This document shows, piece by piece, positions 18,421 to 26,784 of a stretch of DNA of 64,000 bases; position 1 is the stretch's first letter; each line of letters opens with the position of its first letter. Location of the stretch: positions 96,001-160,000 of the forward strand of contig OZ251518.1 of NCBI GenBank assembly GCA_965242965.1, given 5' to 3'. Source of the DNA: Candidatus Poribacteria bacterium (GTDB taxonomy: Bacteria > Poribacteria > WGA-4E > WGA-3G). A program made the translations under genes and the position numbers. The notes under the pieces are model-generated. The model made no database searches. It saw only the letters and a list, made by a program, of their open reading frames with translations, and was not told where the DNA came from.

Positions 18421-18962
18421 TGTGGTATTCTCCTTTCATACTCTGGCGTTCCCCGGCTGTGTAACACGGGCGCGGGGAGGATTTTCAACGCCGCTTCGGT
18501 ATGAAAACCGACCTGGTCCATGTCTTTAGCAACGAACAACTGCGGCCAAAATGAGACAGGCCCGAAGACAACGTCGTAATTTCTATCGCCTTGCAGCCGG
18601 TGTGAGCCCAACTCGTTTCGGCAATGTGAGACGAAATTCCAATAATCGGAGTTTGAACTGTCTGTCACGAAACACAAACTCAATAAAGGTGCCAATTGAT
18701 TCCTGTCCACCTCAAACCTCAGCACTACTGCGCATGTTGGAGGCCTTGATTTGCTGCGTTGGTTACGAAACAGCCGATTTGCCCAACCTTCTGCCTGACC
18801 TAGGACTGTTGTCAAGTAAAACCCTCTGCCGAAATCCGTTTTTGCGCGACCTTTTGACAACTCAATACTGTGAGGCAACTCACTTGAAGGCCTGCTGATA
18901 GCTGATGCCCCAATATCAGTTGTGCCATGATAAAGGACGAGTGGGCCATTTGTCCAAGCCAA
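18408..18962 (-). CDS. DUF3990 family protein (ADP-ribosyltransferase-like)
   Basis: LYHGT, DFGRGFYLT, YDVVFGPV, DQVGFHT. Confidence 0.82.
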   Translation of the reverse strand: MAWTNGPLVLYHGTTDIGASAISRPSSELPHSIELSKGRAKTDFGRGFYLTTVLGQAEGWANRLFRNQRSKSRPPTCAVVLRFEVDRNQLAPLLSLCFVTDSSNSDYWNFVSHCRNELGSHRLQGDRNYDVVFGPVSFWPQLFVAKDMDQVGFHTEAALKILPAPVLHSRGTPEYERRIPQWLR

Positions 18963-18974
18963 TGCGTTTCTCCT

Positions 18975-20072
18975 TTAAAACTCCAAACCCACCCGAATGG
19001 CATTCCCACCATCCGCATAAGCAAACGCCTCGTTCAACTGCGCAAACGGGAAGGTATGCGAGATGATTTTATGGAACGGATATTTATGCTGCGTGCGGCT
19101 CAAAAAATCAAGGGCGCGCGGGATAACCCACGGTTCATACACGATAACCCCGCGAATCGCCTTGCTACACCGCACAATGTTACCCGGGTCGATCTCTGTC
19201 GGAAAACCGAGGTTGATATTGCCGATCCAGAGATACCGTCCACCCCACCGAAGCATCTCTATCCCTTCAGAAAGCACGCGCGGCGAACCGACGAACTCCG
19301 CAACCAGGTCCGCGCCGATACCACCGGTATGCTCCATCACGTAAGCGACCCGTTCTTTAGTCGGCATCTCGTCAACGTTAATGCCGTGGTCTGCCCCGAA
19401 TTCCTGCGCAAGCGCAAGACGCGCCGGGAGCCGGTCCAACACAATCACCTGGCCCGCGCCCATCTCCTTCGCGACAGCGGTAGCGTAAAGGCCAAGCCCG
19501 CCGGCACCTTGAATTACCACCGTATCGCCGAGGGTAATGCCGATTTGGTTGAGGCCATATACTACTTCGGACAGCGCGCAGTTGATAGGCGAGACGAGCG
19601 CGTCGGGGAGCGCGTCCGGCACCTTGAAAATCCAATGTCCGCGCTTCATGTAGTAGTATTCGCCATAGGCACCGTGAAAATGCGGCGGCTGCTCACTAGA
19701 GACACCGAGCCAATCGCGGTATCTATCCGGGCATCCCGGCTTCCCATTAAGGCACGTCCAACATTGCTGGCACGGTTTGAAATAGGAGTAGGCAATCCGG
19801 TCGCCTTCCCTTAAAGGTTGTCCCAGGCTATCGGCTGTGACATTTTTGCCCATCGCCTCAATCGTGCCAACCATCTCGTGGCCGAGCACCTGTGGAATGC
19901 CGCTGGCGATTTTCGGTCCGTGCCCACGCCAGAAGTGCAAATCAGAACCACAGATGTTCGCCATGCGGATACGCACGAGGATATCGTCATCGCTGACAGC
20001 GGGAACCGGGTATTCGCGAAATTCCATCGGTGCCTGCGGTTGTGTGAAAATAGCGACTCTTCCTGTTTTCAT
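18975..20072 (-). CDS. Zinc-binding (MDR) alcohol dehydrogenase
   Basis: ICGSD, GHE, CxxCxxC..C, GAGGLG. Confidence 0.93.
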   Translation of the reverse strand: MKTGRVAIFTQPQAPMEFREYPVPAVSDDDILVRIRMANICGSDLHFWRGHGPKIASGIPQVLGHEMVGTIEAMGKNVTADSLGQPLREGDRIAYSYFKPCQQCWTCLNGKPGCPDRYRDWLGVSSEQPPHFHGAYGEYYYMKRGHWIFKVPDALPDALVSPINCALSEVVYGLNQIGITLGDTVVIQGAGGLGLYATAVAKEMGAGQVIVLDRLPARLALAQEFGADHGINVDEMPTKERVAYVMEHTGGIGADLVAEFVGSPRVLSEGIEMLRWGGRYLWIGNINLGFPTEIDPGNIVRCSKAIRGVIVYEPWVIPRALDFLSRTQHKYPFHKIISHTFPFAQLNEAFAYADGGNAIRVGLEF

Positions 20073-20087
20073 TTCTGCTTCTCGCGG

Positions 20088-20606
20088 TTACGCACTAGGA
20101 ACTTGGCCCTGCTTGAGGATTCTCAATTCCTCTTGCATTGCGTCAATTTGCCGTTGTTGCGCGGCAATTTGCTGTTGTTGCGTGGCAATCTTCTCTTCCT
20201 GCGCGTCAATCTTCTCCTCTTGCGCTCGTGTATTTTTCCGCTCCCAAAGTATCGGAAGCCCGATAACAGCAGCAATAAACGCGAGAAGTCCCAGTAACAG
20301 CAAAAAGTTCCTGTCCTGCTGCTTGTCCAGACTATCCATTCTGATCGAAAGGCCCCGGTTTTCATGGGAGACATGCTCCCGTATCTGCTTATCGGACGCC
20401 GCGATTTTAGCCTCCACGAAATCCCGCATCCGCTGCTCGGACTTCCCAATATCCTCCGAGATTTTCATTCCGACGAATTCTCGCATGCGCGCATCGTATT
20501 TTTCAAACATTCCCTCAATTTTCCCCAGGTCTTCAACACTCAGTTCAGCGAATGCCGATACGTTCATGAGCAGGAACCCGATGAGAAAAAACGGTGATAA
20601 TTTCAC
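20088..20606 (-). CDS. Hypothetical secreted/membrane coiled-coil protein
   Basis: Signal peptide, coiled coil, TM helix, heptad repeats AQEEKID/AQEEKIA/QQQQIA; GGAGG SD before GTG. Confidence 0.7.
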   Translation of the reverse strand: MKLSPFFLIGFLLMNVSAFAELSVEDLGKIEGMFEKYDARMREFVGMKISEDIGKSEQRMRDFVEAKIAASDKQIREHVSHENRGLSIRMDSLDKQQDRNFLLLLGLLAFIAAVIGLPILWERKNTRAQEEKIDAQEEKIATQQQQIAAQQRQIDAMQEELRILKQGQVPSA

Positions 20607-20638
20607 CTGTCGTGCCTCCTAGCGTAAAAATTGTTAAT

Positions 20639-20667
20639 AGTATACCCGAATCGGACAAGAATGTCAA
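20639..20667 (-). promoter_or_regulatory. Putative sigma-70 promoter
   Basis: TTGACA-17 nt-TATACT. Confidence 0.6.
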
Positions 20668-20673
20668 CCTTTT

Positions 20674-21081
20674 TTAGAACTCATCAAAATTAACCACCTT
20701 CCACTCGCCGTTGATAAGTTCCGTGTTGAGGATAACGTTCCGCGTCGTCGTTTCCATGCCGCTGCGTTTGATGGATAGTTCATAATTGAACAGCACCTGA
20801 TGCTCATCCTGACTTTGACGTGCAAGCTGCTTATATTCAATATTCGGCAGTTCCACTACCTGTTGCCCGGGCATTCGGACTGCCTTCACGCGCGCGATTT
20901 CAGCATGCAACTTCTCTGCCGCCAATAAATCGGTGAGGAGGAGTGCCGCCCCCTGGTCTGCCCGTTGGTAATAGTTATAGATGAAATCCTCGCTGACAGC
21001 CTGCGGCGTGTTCCGATTTGAACACGCAAGGAAACATAAGCACAAGATGAACGTTTGTGAAATGATAATTGCGATTTTCAT
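20674..21081 (-). CDS. Hypothetical lipoprotein
   Basis: Start MKIAIII, lipobox FLAC, C-terminal NGEWKV; the longer ORF-track version overlaps the R-M gene and a REP. Confidence 0.7.
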   Translation of the reverse strand: MKIAIIISQTFILCLCFLACSNRNTPQAVSEDFIYNYYQRADQGAALLLTDLLAAEKLHAEIARVKAVRMPGQQVVELPNIEYKQLARQSQDEHQVLFNYELSIKRSGMETTTRNVILNTELINGEWKVVNFDEF

Positions 21082-21125
21082 TGAATTCCTCGCTATATCA
21101 CGAACGCGGGGGACAGGCCCCTGCC

Positions 21126-24100
21126 CTACAGCCCGGGGAGATTCCCCACAATCCGCACCGTATCCAAACTCACGGTAATCACACGTCCGATTAAATCCAC
21201 AATATAACCTGGCGCGTCGGCGCGATTCGGTTCGTTCACAATGCCACTCGCATCGTCTGCCGAAACCTGATACCGCTGCAGCACCCAGTCCAACGCCGAA
21301 TATGTCCCCAACTGATACGCAAACGCCTCCTCCGGCACCCCCTCCAACGTGAGGAAATCGTTGTAGTGGATGCACGTCTTGTCTTCGGAGAGCCGCATCT
21401 TTTCTACGCGCCAATTGAGTTGCATCCCCGGCGTTTCAACCCGCCGCAACGGATACACCGGCTGGTTTTCATAATTGACATGCAGCTCAGCTAATGCTTT
21501 CCCTGCATTAGCAAATCCCCAGAAGTCCGGGGCGAAGGGGAGATGCGGCAGATCGCGCTTGAGGTTGACACCATACCGCTCGCGGTAATCGGGATGATGC
21601 AACAGCCCATACGCATAGTGGAAAATGTCCCACTTCTCAATAGACGCGTCGCTGTAATGCGCGCGGAATTGGGACAATGCCCAATCGGTGATGTTCTCGC
21701 GCCGATTCGTGCCATCCTCATCGTAGATGTAGAACGGAAAGCATTGAGCTGTGCCTAGCATGCCATAAAACGGAATCACGTTTGTCATCAGGCAGTGGAA
21801 CGGCTTTTTGCTTCCAATGCCATTCACACAAATGACTCGGTTTTCCGTTTCCGTTTCAAGGGTAGGAAGGATAACTGACAATCTAGATGTCGTGTCAATG
21901 AGGAGCCTATCAAAGAACAGTCTCATTTTTGTATAGGGGCGGTAAAGTCCGTCCCGAATTTTGCTATCGGCGTATTCGGCGATTCGACCGCGCTTCAAAT
22001 TCGCCCGCAAACTGTCGCTCCACTTGATTTTTGTGTCATCATACGTCACAAAATCGTTGATAGCGGCACTTAAGTCTGTTCGGTGTTGCCATCGTGCCGC
22101 CTCCGCGTTGTAAAATTCTATCATCCGCAGCATGTTTTCGCCGAGTGTATCTGAATTGAAATTGCAAACCCAACGGTCGCGCCCACTCAAAATACCGTTG
22201 CTATACATACGAAATATCACACCTTCGGGTTGACTCTTACTCGCCTTCGCCGCTTGGCTCCCGAGCGGCATGAAGGTTGTGAATTCGGGACGGAGCCCTT
22301 CGGTGAGCCACGTATTATTTGCATCGACAGCGGCGCGTTTCATCGGCACGGTGGTGTAATCACCGAATTGGGTTAAGACGTTCTGCTTTTCGGCGGACTT
22401 CAGATAGTCGTCAACGTGGTAGAGATACACTTCAGCGGGTGCCGAGTCTTCTGCGAGTTTCGCCTTCTTGACGAGGAGGGTAATTCCGACGCTCACCCGC
22501 ACCTTATCGTCAAAGACGTTGCCGCCCTCTTTGCGGCGTTGCTCACCGGATGTGCGCGCGTCGCCTTTGAGATTCACGTGGTAAATCTTCGTGAAGTCCT
22601 GCGCTAGATGCTTCCGAATGCCATCGCCTGAGATAGCGTCCAAAAAATTGTTATTTGTCACGAAGGCGACGATACCTTCCTCGCCGATTCTGTCGGATGC
22701 CCAGCGGAGTGCTTTAATGCAAGCATCATAGAGCGAAGCTTTGAGTTGCGCCGCAGAGTCTTGCACGTAAGTCTCTCGCACCCGTTCATCCATCGCCTCG
22801 TGTTTCCGATTTCGGTTATTGTCGCTATCCTTCGCTTGCCCCACATTGTAAGGCGGATTGCCGATGACGATGAACATCGGCGATGCCTTCTGTTTCTCGG
22901 CGCGTTCGGTATTCTCGCGCGTCAGTAAGGGCAGCTGCCGCGATTCCGCCAGGTCAAACGTATCCACGAGGCAGATTTTATCGAACGGCACATATCGTCC
23001 GGTCGCCTCATAGAATTCGTGTTCAATATTCATGCTCGCGATGTAGTAAGGCAGGAGTAGCACCTCGTTGCAATGGAGTTCGTGGCGGTATTTATGCTCC
23101 AACGCCGTTTTGTCAATCTCGCGCATGAGTCGGACGATAAAATTGCCGGTGCCGACAAATGCATCGATGATATGCACTCCTTCATCTGACAGGGTACGCC
23201 CAAACTCGTTCTGCAGGATTTGCGCGACGCTTTTCACCATGAAGTCAACAATCGGCTGCGGGGTGTAGACGATGCCGTGTCTATCAGCGTCCTTTACCGA
23301 GAACCCTTGGAAGAACTGCTCATAGACGGTGTTGAGAAAGTGCTGTTTCTGTGAGAAATCTTGGCAGAGGCGCGCCGCATCCTCAATGGCGAGGTAAAAG
23401 TCGTTTAGTTCTGCCAGAAACTCATCGCGGCTAAATGCCTCGTCTGTCAGCACGTCAATGACGTTCTCAATTTCACGTGCGATGATATTGCGGCGCGTGA
23501 AATCGGGGTTATTGAAAACGGTGCGGAACGTGCGTTCGGTTAAAATGTGCTGGCTGAGCATCTCCTCGACTGCATCGGTGGAGAGATTCGGGTTGATGGA
23601 GGTGCGGCAGAGTTCGTAAAAGTCGGTGAAAACGGTGCTGAAACGCGGATTCGTCCGGCGCGCGTTCTGGATGATTGCCGTCATTTCACGTCCGAGTGCC
23701 GGGACCGTCTCTCGGAATTCGGCGACAGCGGCGTGCCACCTGTCAACAGCCGCAAGCGGAGCGGAAAAGAGGCGTTCCAGTGTGGTGCAGAGGTCTTTGC
23801 GTTCGGTGAGTTCCACGTCAAGCACCTTCTGTCCATTTTGATAGAGAACCCCGCGTTGCGGCGTGTAGAAAAAGATGTTAGTATCCGGATAGCCTGCGGC
23901 AAATTTGCGTTGGATTTCGCTCTCCAAATCATCGTGAATATCTTTCGCTTCAATGAAGGCGAACGGGAGTCTGTATTCGTCCAATATCGCGCCATCAATG
24001 ACGATGCGGTTTCCGGCATCCGTGCGCATTGCGTATTGCGGCACGAAGGTGGCATCGACTTTTTTCGCGCAGGCATCCAGTAGCGTTTGCAGCGGCAAAC

Positions 24101-24203
24101 TCACCGCGCCTTCGTGAGTGATGTTGTGCGTGTCAAACTGCGCCAGCGTGGCGTAGTATTCTTTGACGGGTTTGTGGTTTGGTTTGAGATTCAGTTTTCG
24201 CAT
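21126..24203 (-). CDS. Single-chain restriction-modification enzyme (nuclease + N6 MTase + type ISP-like C-terminal TRD), no helicase
   Basis: IDG..EAK, GIVYTPQPIVDF, DAFVGTGNF, GNPPY, YRPY, IFHY.YG.LH.PDYRERY..NL. Confidence 0.9.
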   Translation of the reverse strand: MRKLNLKPNHKPVKEYYATLAQFDTHNITHEGAVSLPLQTLLDACAKKVDATFVPQYAMRTDAGNRIVIDGAILDEYRLPFAFIEAKDIHDDLESEIQRKFAAGYPDTNIFFYTPQRGVLYQNGQKVLDVELTERKDLCTTLERLFSAPLAAVDRWHAAVAEFRETVPALGREMTAIIQNARRTNPRFSTVFTDFYELCRTSINPNLSTDAVEEMLSQHILTERTFRTVFNNPDFTRRNIIAREIENVIDVLTDEAFSRDEFLAELNDFYLAIEDAARLCQDFSQKQHFLNTVYEQFFQGFSVKDADRHGIVYTPQPIVDFMVKSVAQILQNEFGRTLSDEGVHIIDAFVGTGNFIVRLMREIDKTALEHKYRHELHCNEVLLLPYYIASMNIEHEFYEATGRYVPFDKICLVDTFDLAESRQLPLLTRENTERAEKQKASPMFIVIGNPPYNVGQAKDSDNNRNRKHEAMDERVRETYVQDSAAQLKASLYDACIKALRWASDRIGEEGIVAFVTNNNFLDAISGDGIRKHLAQDFTKIYHVNLKGDARTSGEQRRKEGGNVFDDKVRVSVGITLLVKKAKLAEDSAPAEVYLYHVDDYLKSAEKQNVLTQFGDYTTVPMKRAAVDANNTWLTEGLRPEFTTFMPLGSQAAKASKSQPEGVIFRMYSNGILSGRDRWVCNFNSDTLGENMLRMIEFYNAEAARWQHRTDLSAAINDFVTYDDTKIKWSDSLRANLKRGRIAEYADSKIRDGLYRPYTKMRLFFDRLLIDTTSRLSVILPTLETETENRVICVNGIGSKKPFHCLMTNVIPFYGMLGTAQCFPFYIYDEDGTNRRENITDWALSQFRAHYSDASIEKWDIFHYAYGLLHHPDYRERYGVNLKRDLPHLPFAPDFWGFANAGKALAELHVNYENQPVYPLRRVETPGMQLNWRVEKMRLSEDKTCIHYNDFLTLEGVPEEAFAYQLGTYSALDWVLQRYQVSADDASGIVNEPNRADAPGYIVDLIGRVITVSLDTVRIVGNLPGL

Positions 24204-24338
24204 GTGCTGTTAATCCTTTGCAAGAGACAAAGAAGGCAAGAACGCTCGGGCTCTCGCCTTCTTCGGTTCGCGAAGAGCCCCCATTCTCCTGCATGGGGAT
24301 TTTCTCCGGGCGCCGCTTTAAGAATAAAGCGACAAGTT

Positions 24339-25331
24339 CTAGCGGCCGAGTGCCTCTAGGAACGTTTCCAGGCTTTCTGCCGACGCGGCAACAGGCGCAA
24401 GCTGCTTGAGTCGCTCTACGTCGTCAATCGTTTCAAGCAGGGGCATGAGATTGCGCACCGCAGCCGGATGAAAGCGCGCTTCCAGCACACCGAGGAGCAT
24501 TTCAAGGGCACCCTGGTTGCGGCCTTGTTCTAGTCCCTGGTTGCGGGCTTGTTCTAGCCACTGATTGCGGGCTTGCTCTAGCCCTTGCTCAAAGCCCTGC
24601 GCACGCGCCTCTTCAACCGCCGGTTTTAACGCCGCCTCGGCATAGTTTTCGGCATAGCGTTTGGCATAGCGTTGAAAAACAAGTGATTCGTACACCATTT
24701 CCTCCTTCACTGACTCCATTATCAGTGACTCGTCGTAACTCAATTTCCCAAATATACTCAGCAGGGCCAACAAGTCGTGCCGATGCGCCATGCTCACAGA
24801 CAGCGAGGCTGTCGCTTCAATGCACTCTTTCAACCATCGTTCCGCACTCATCCCATCGGGGGGACGCATCAACGGTGTGAACGGCATCAACCCGGGAGAC
24901 TGCAACTCCAAAATGGGGGCACCCTCCACCTCAATCAGCCGCAGCACTCGATAGGTGAGCAAATAGCACGGCTCCCCATGCCAGTCATAGCCGTACCCAC
25001 CCGGGTCATTCCGACCGGCGTTGGCATGCAAGTAGATAACCGTGCTATACACCGGCTTTTGATGCTCCGCAATGAGGAAACCGTGGTATCCCGCCACGCG
25101 GAACGGCATTGGCACCGGACTGTTATGCGTCTGCACCTCTACATGCGAGATGCTCTCCTCTCCATCAATGCTTGTCTCCCACGTGCTATCCGCCTGCCGC
25201 GTTTTCAACGTGGGCTGTTCCGTATCTAACCGTCTCAGCACTTTCAGGTTCGGTGCGTCCTGCAGATAGGGGAGGAGAGTGTCAGCGTTTTGCAGCAGAT
25301 GATATTTTGCTGCATCGTCATATTGTGTCAT
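24339..25331 (-). CDS. Rpn/YhgA-like PD-(D/E)XK nuclease with repetitive C-terminus
   Basis: YDDAAK, RQAD, HVEVQT, MPFRV..Y, VIYL, C-terminal (G/W)LEQARNQ repeats. Confidence 0.85.
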   Translation of the reverse strand: MTQYDDAAKYHLLQNADTLLPYLQDAPNLKVLRRLDTEQPTLKTRQADSTWETSIDGEESISHVEVQTHNSPVPMPFRVAGYHGFLIAEHQKPVYSTVIYLHANAGRNDPGGYGYDWHGEPCYLLTYRVLRLIEVEGAPILELQSPGLMPFTPLMRPPDGMSAERWLKECIEATASLSVSMAHRHDLLALLSIFGKLSYDESLIMESVKEEMVYESLVFQRYAKRYAENYAEAALKPAVEEARAQGFEQGLEQARNQWLEQARNQGLEQGRNQGALEMLLGVLEARFHPAAVRNLMPLLETIDDVERLKQLAPVAASAESLETFLEALGR

Positions 25332-25337
25332 GATAGT

Positions 25338-25366
25338 ATTATATCATTTTTTTCATGTAATGTCAA
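25338..25366 (-). promoter_or_regulatory. Consensus sigma-70 promoter, probably giving a leaderless rpn mRNA
   Basis: TTGACA-17 nt-TATAAT; ATG only 6 nt downstream of the -10. Confidence 0.7.
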
Positions 25367-25438
25367 CCGATTTTTCCAGAGCCCCCAGGTCTTTTCGTTT
25401 TCTGTTTGCGATTGGACCGGACGCAAGAGAAAGTGTAG

Positions 25439-26731
25439 TTAATCCTCCTTTACGGCGCGGATGAGTGCCACGTTAAAAATCCGTCGTTCATAGCCGTGCG
25501 AGGGACTATTAACCACTTTACCCAACGCCCATAACGTTGAAGAACTCCCACCATCAAAATTAATGGCGTGTTTGATGCCCAAGTCGCTGAAGAAATCTGC
25601 CATCTGATAGAGCGTCATCCCCATGCTATAGCCGGGCTGTCTGCCATCAACGGCGATGAGGAAGAGTTTTTCGTCATTGAAACCTAATGCGCTGCGCGGA
25701 TTGCGGCGGGCGGCGTTACGGTGCGAACGGCTTCTGCCGAAGCGCGCGAACTGGTTCAACTCCGGCTCAATCTCTCCATCGCGCAAAATACGTAGATTGC
25801 CGCCAACCCCCGAATGCACCGTTTGCCATTTCTCCGGAGTCAAAGCGATAGTGATTTCTCCCGCAACGGCTTCTTTCAACTTTTCGCTCCAGGCTCTCGC
25901 CTGGGACGAGGTAACCGCAATCACAGCACCGCGAGGTGGAATCGGGCTGTTGCCGCGTTTTGACACGTCAGTGACGACAAAACGGCTGCGATATTTCCCG
26001 GTGAGGGGGAGTGCCAACGCTTCCAACGTGAACTCGTAGCATCGGCGTGTGAGAGTGCGTCTACCGAACCGCGGCGTGTAAATAACAACGGGACACAACG
26101 AATCGCAGATCTGGTTGACACCGCTTATCTCAAAGGTTTCGCCATCAACCTCAAGCGTGCCGTTGAGTTTCACCATGTCCATGAGGAATTCGCCTTCCGG
26201 AGTTACGCCGAAACTGGTTTCACCCCAAGGCGATGGCGGCGAATAGCCCCACCTGTCCAACGGTGTCGGAATGCTGACGAGTTCGCCGTTTTCGATATGC
26301 AGATTGAATATCATCCCGCCGCGGCCGCGGGAGTCCTCCCGAATTCCAAAACTGCCGTTAACGCCGGCAAACGGAAGAACCTCTTTTCTCATCAGCCGCT
26401 TCGTGGCACCGCTGATAGTTTCCCTTCCGAGAATCTGGGTATTCGCGAGCTCCACATCAAAACGGAGCCCGAACGCGTGCCTGTCCATTTCCGCCACGTA
26501 GACAGCGGCATCGCCTACCCACCAATAGCGATAGAGACGAAACCCATCCGGCCAGTGTTCCGCTTCCAATGCCTCGCGCTTTCGGACGGTATCGGGGAGG
26601 GCATCGGTGCGCGGTGCAGCGGCGCGGAAAGGCACGCGCAAGGCAGTGACAGCCAATATAAAGAGAAGGATGAGCCCACAGAGGGCAATCACTTTTTGGG
26701 GAATCGCGTTTCGTTTAGTGGCATTTGACAT
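25439..26731 (-). CDS. Phosphodiester glycosidase (NAGPA-like) family protein
   Basis: GVNGSF, YTPRFG, NPRSALG, VDGRQ..SMGMTL, AINFDGGSS. Confidence 0.88.
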   Translation of the reverse strand: MSNATKRNAIPQKVIALCGLILLFILAVTALRVPFRAAAPRTDALPDTVRKREALEAEHWPDGFRLYRYWWVGDAAVYVAEMDRHAFGLRFDVELANTQILGRETISGATKRLMRKEVLPFAGVNGSFGIREDSRGRGGMIFNLHIENGELVSIPTPLDRWGYSPPSPWGETSFGVTPEGEFLMDMVKLNGTLEVDGETFEISGVNQICDSLCPVVIYTPRFGRRTLTRRCYEFTLEALALPLTGKYRSRFVVTDVSKRGNSPIPPRGAVIAVTSSQARAWSEKLKEAVAGEITIALTPEKWQTVHSGVGGNLRILRDGEIEPELNQFARFGRSRSHRNAARRNPRSALGFNDEKLFLIAVDGRQPGYSMGMTLYQMADFFSDLGIKHAINFDGGSSSTLWALGKVVNSPSHGYERRIFNVALIRAVKED

Positions 26732-26784
26732 GAGTGGTTTCCATTTTTTTTAGCAAAGGACAGACGAGGGAAAGTTCCCTCGTC

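Noticed and set aside
18927-19814. Long antisense ORFs (also 29375-30211, 13362-14105, 59633-60295)
   Set aside because: They lie opposite well-supported genes in GC-rich coding DNA and show no recognisable motifs.
24339-25331. Rpn protein as the transposase mobilising the REPs/MITEs
   Set aside because: It is PD-(D/E)XK type, not HUH/Y1 or DDE, and is not flanked by the repeats.
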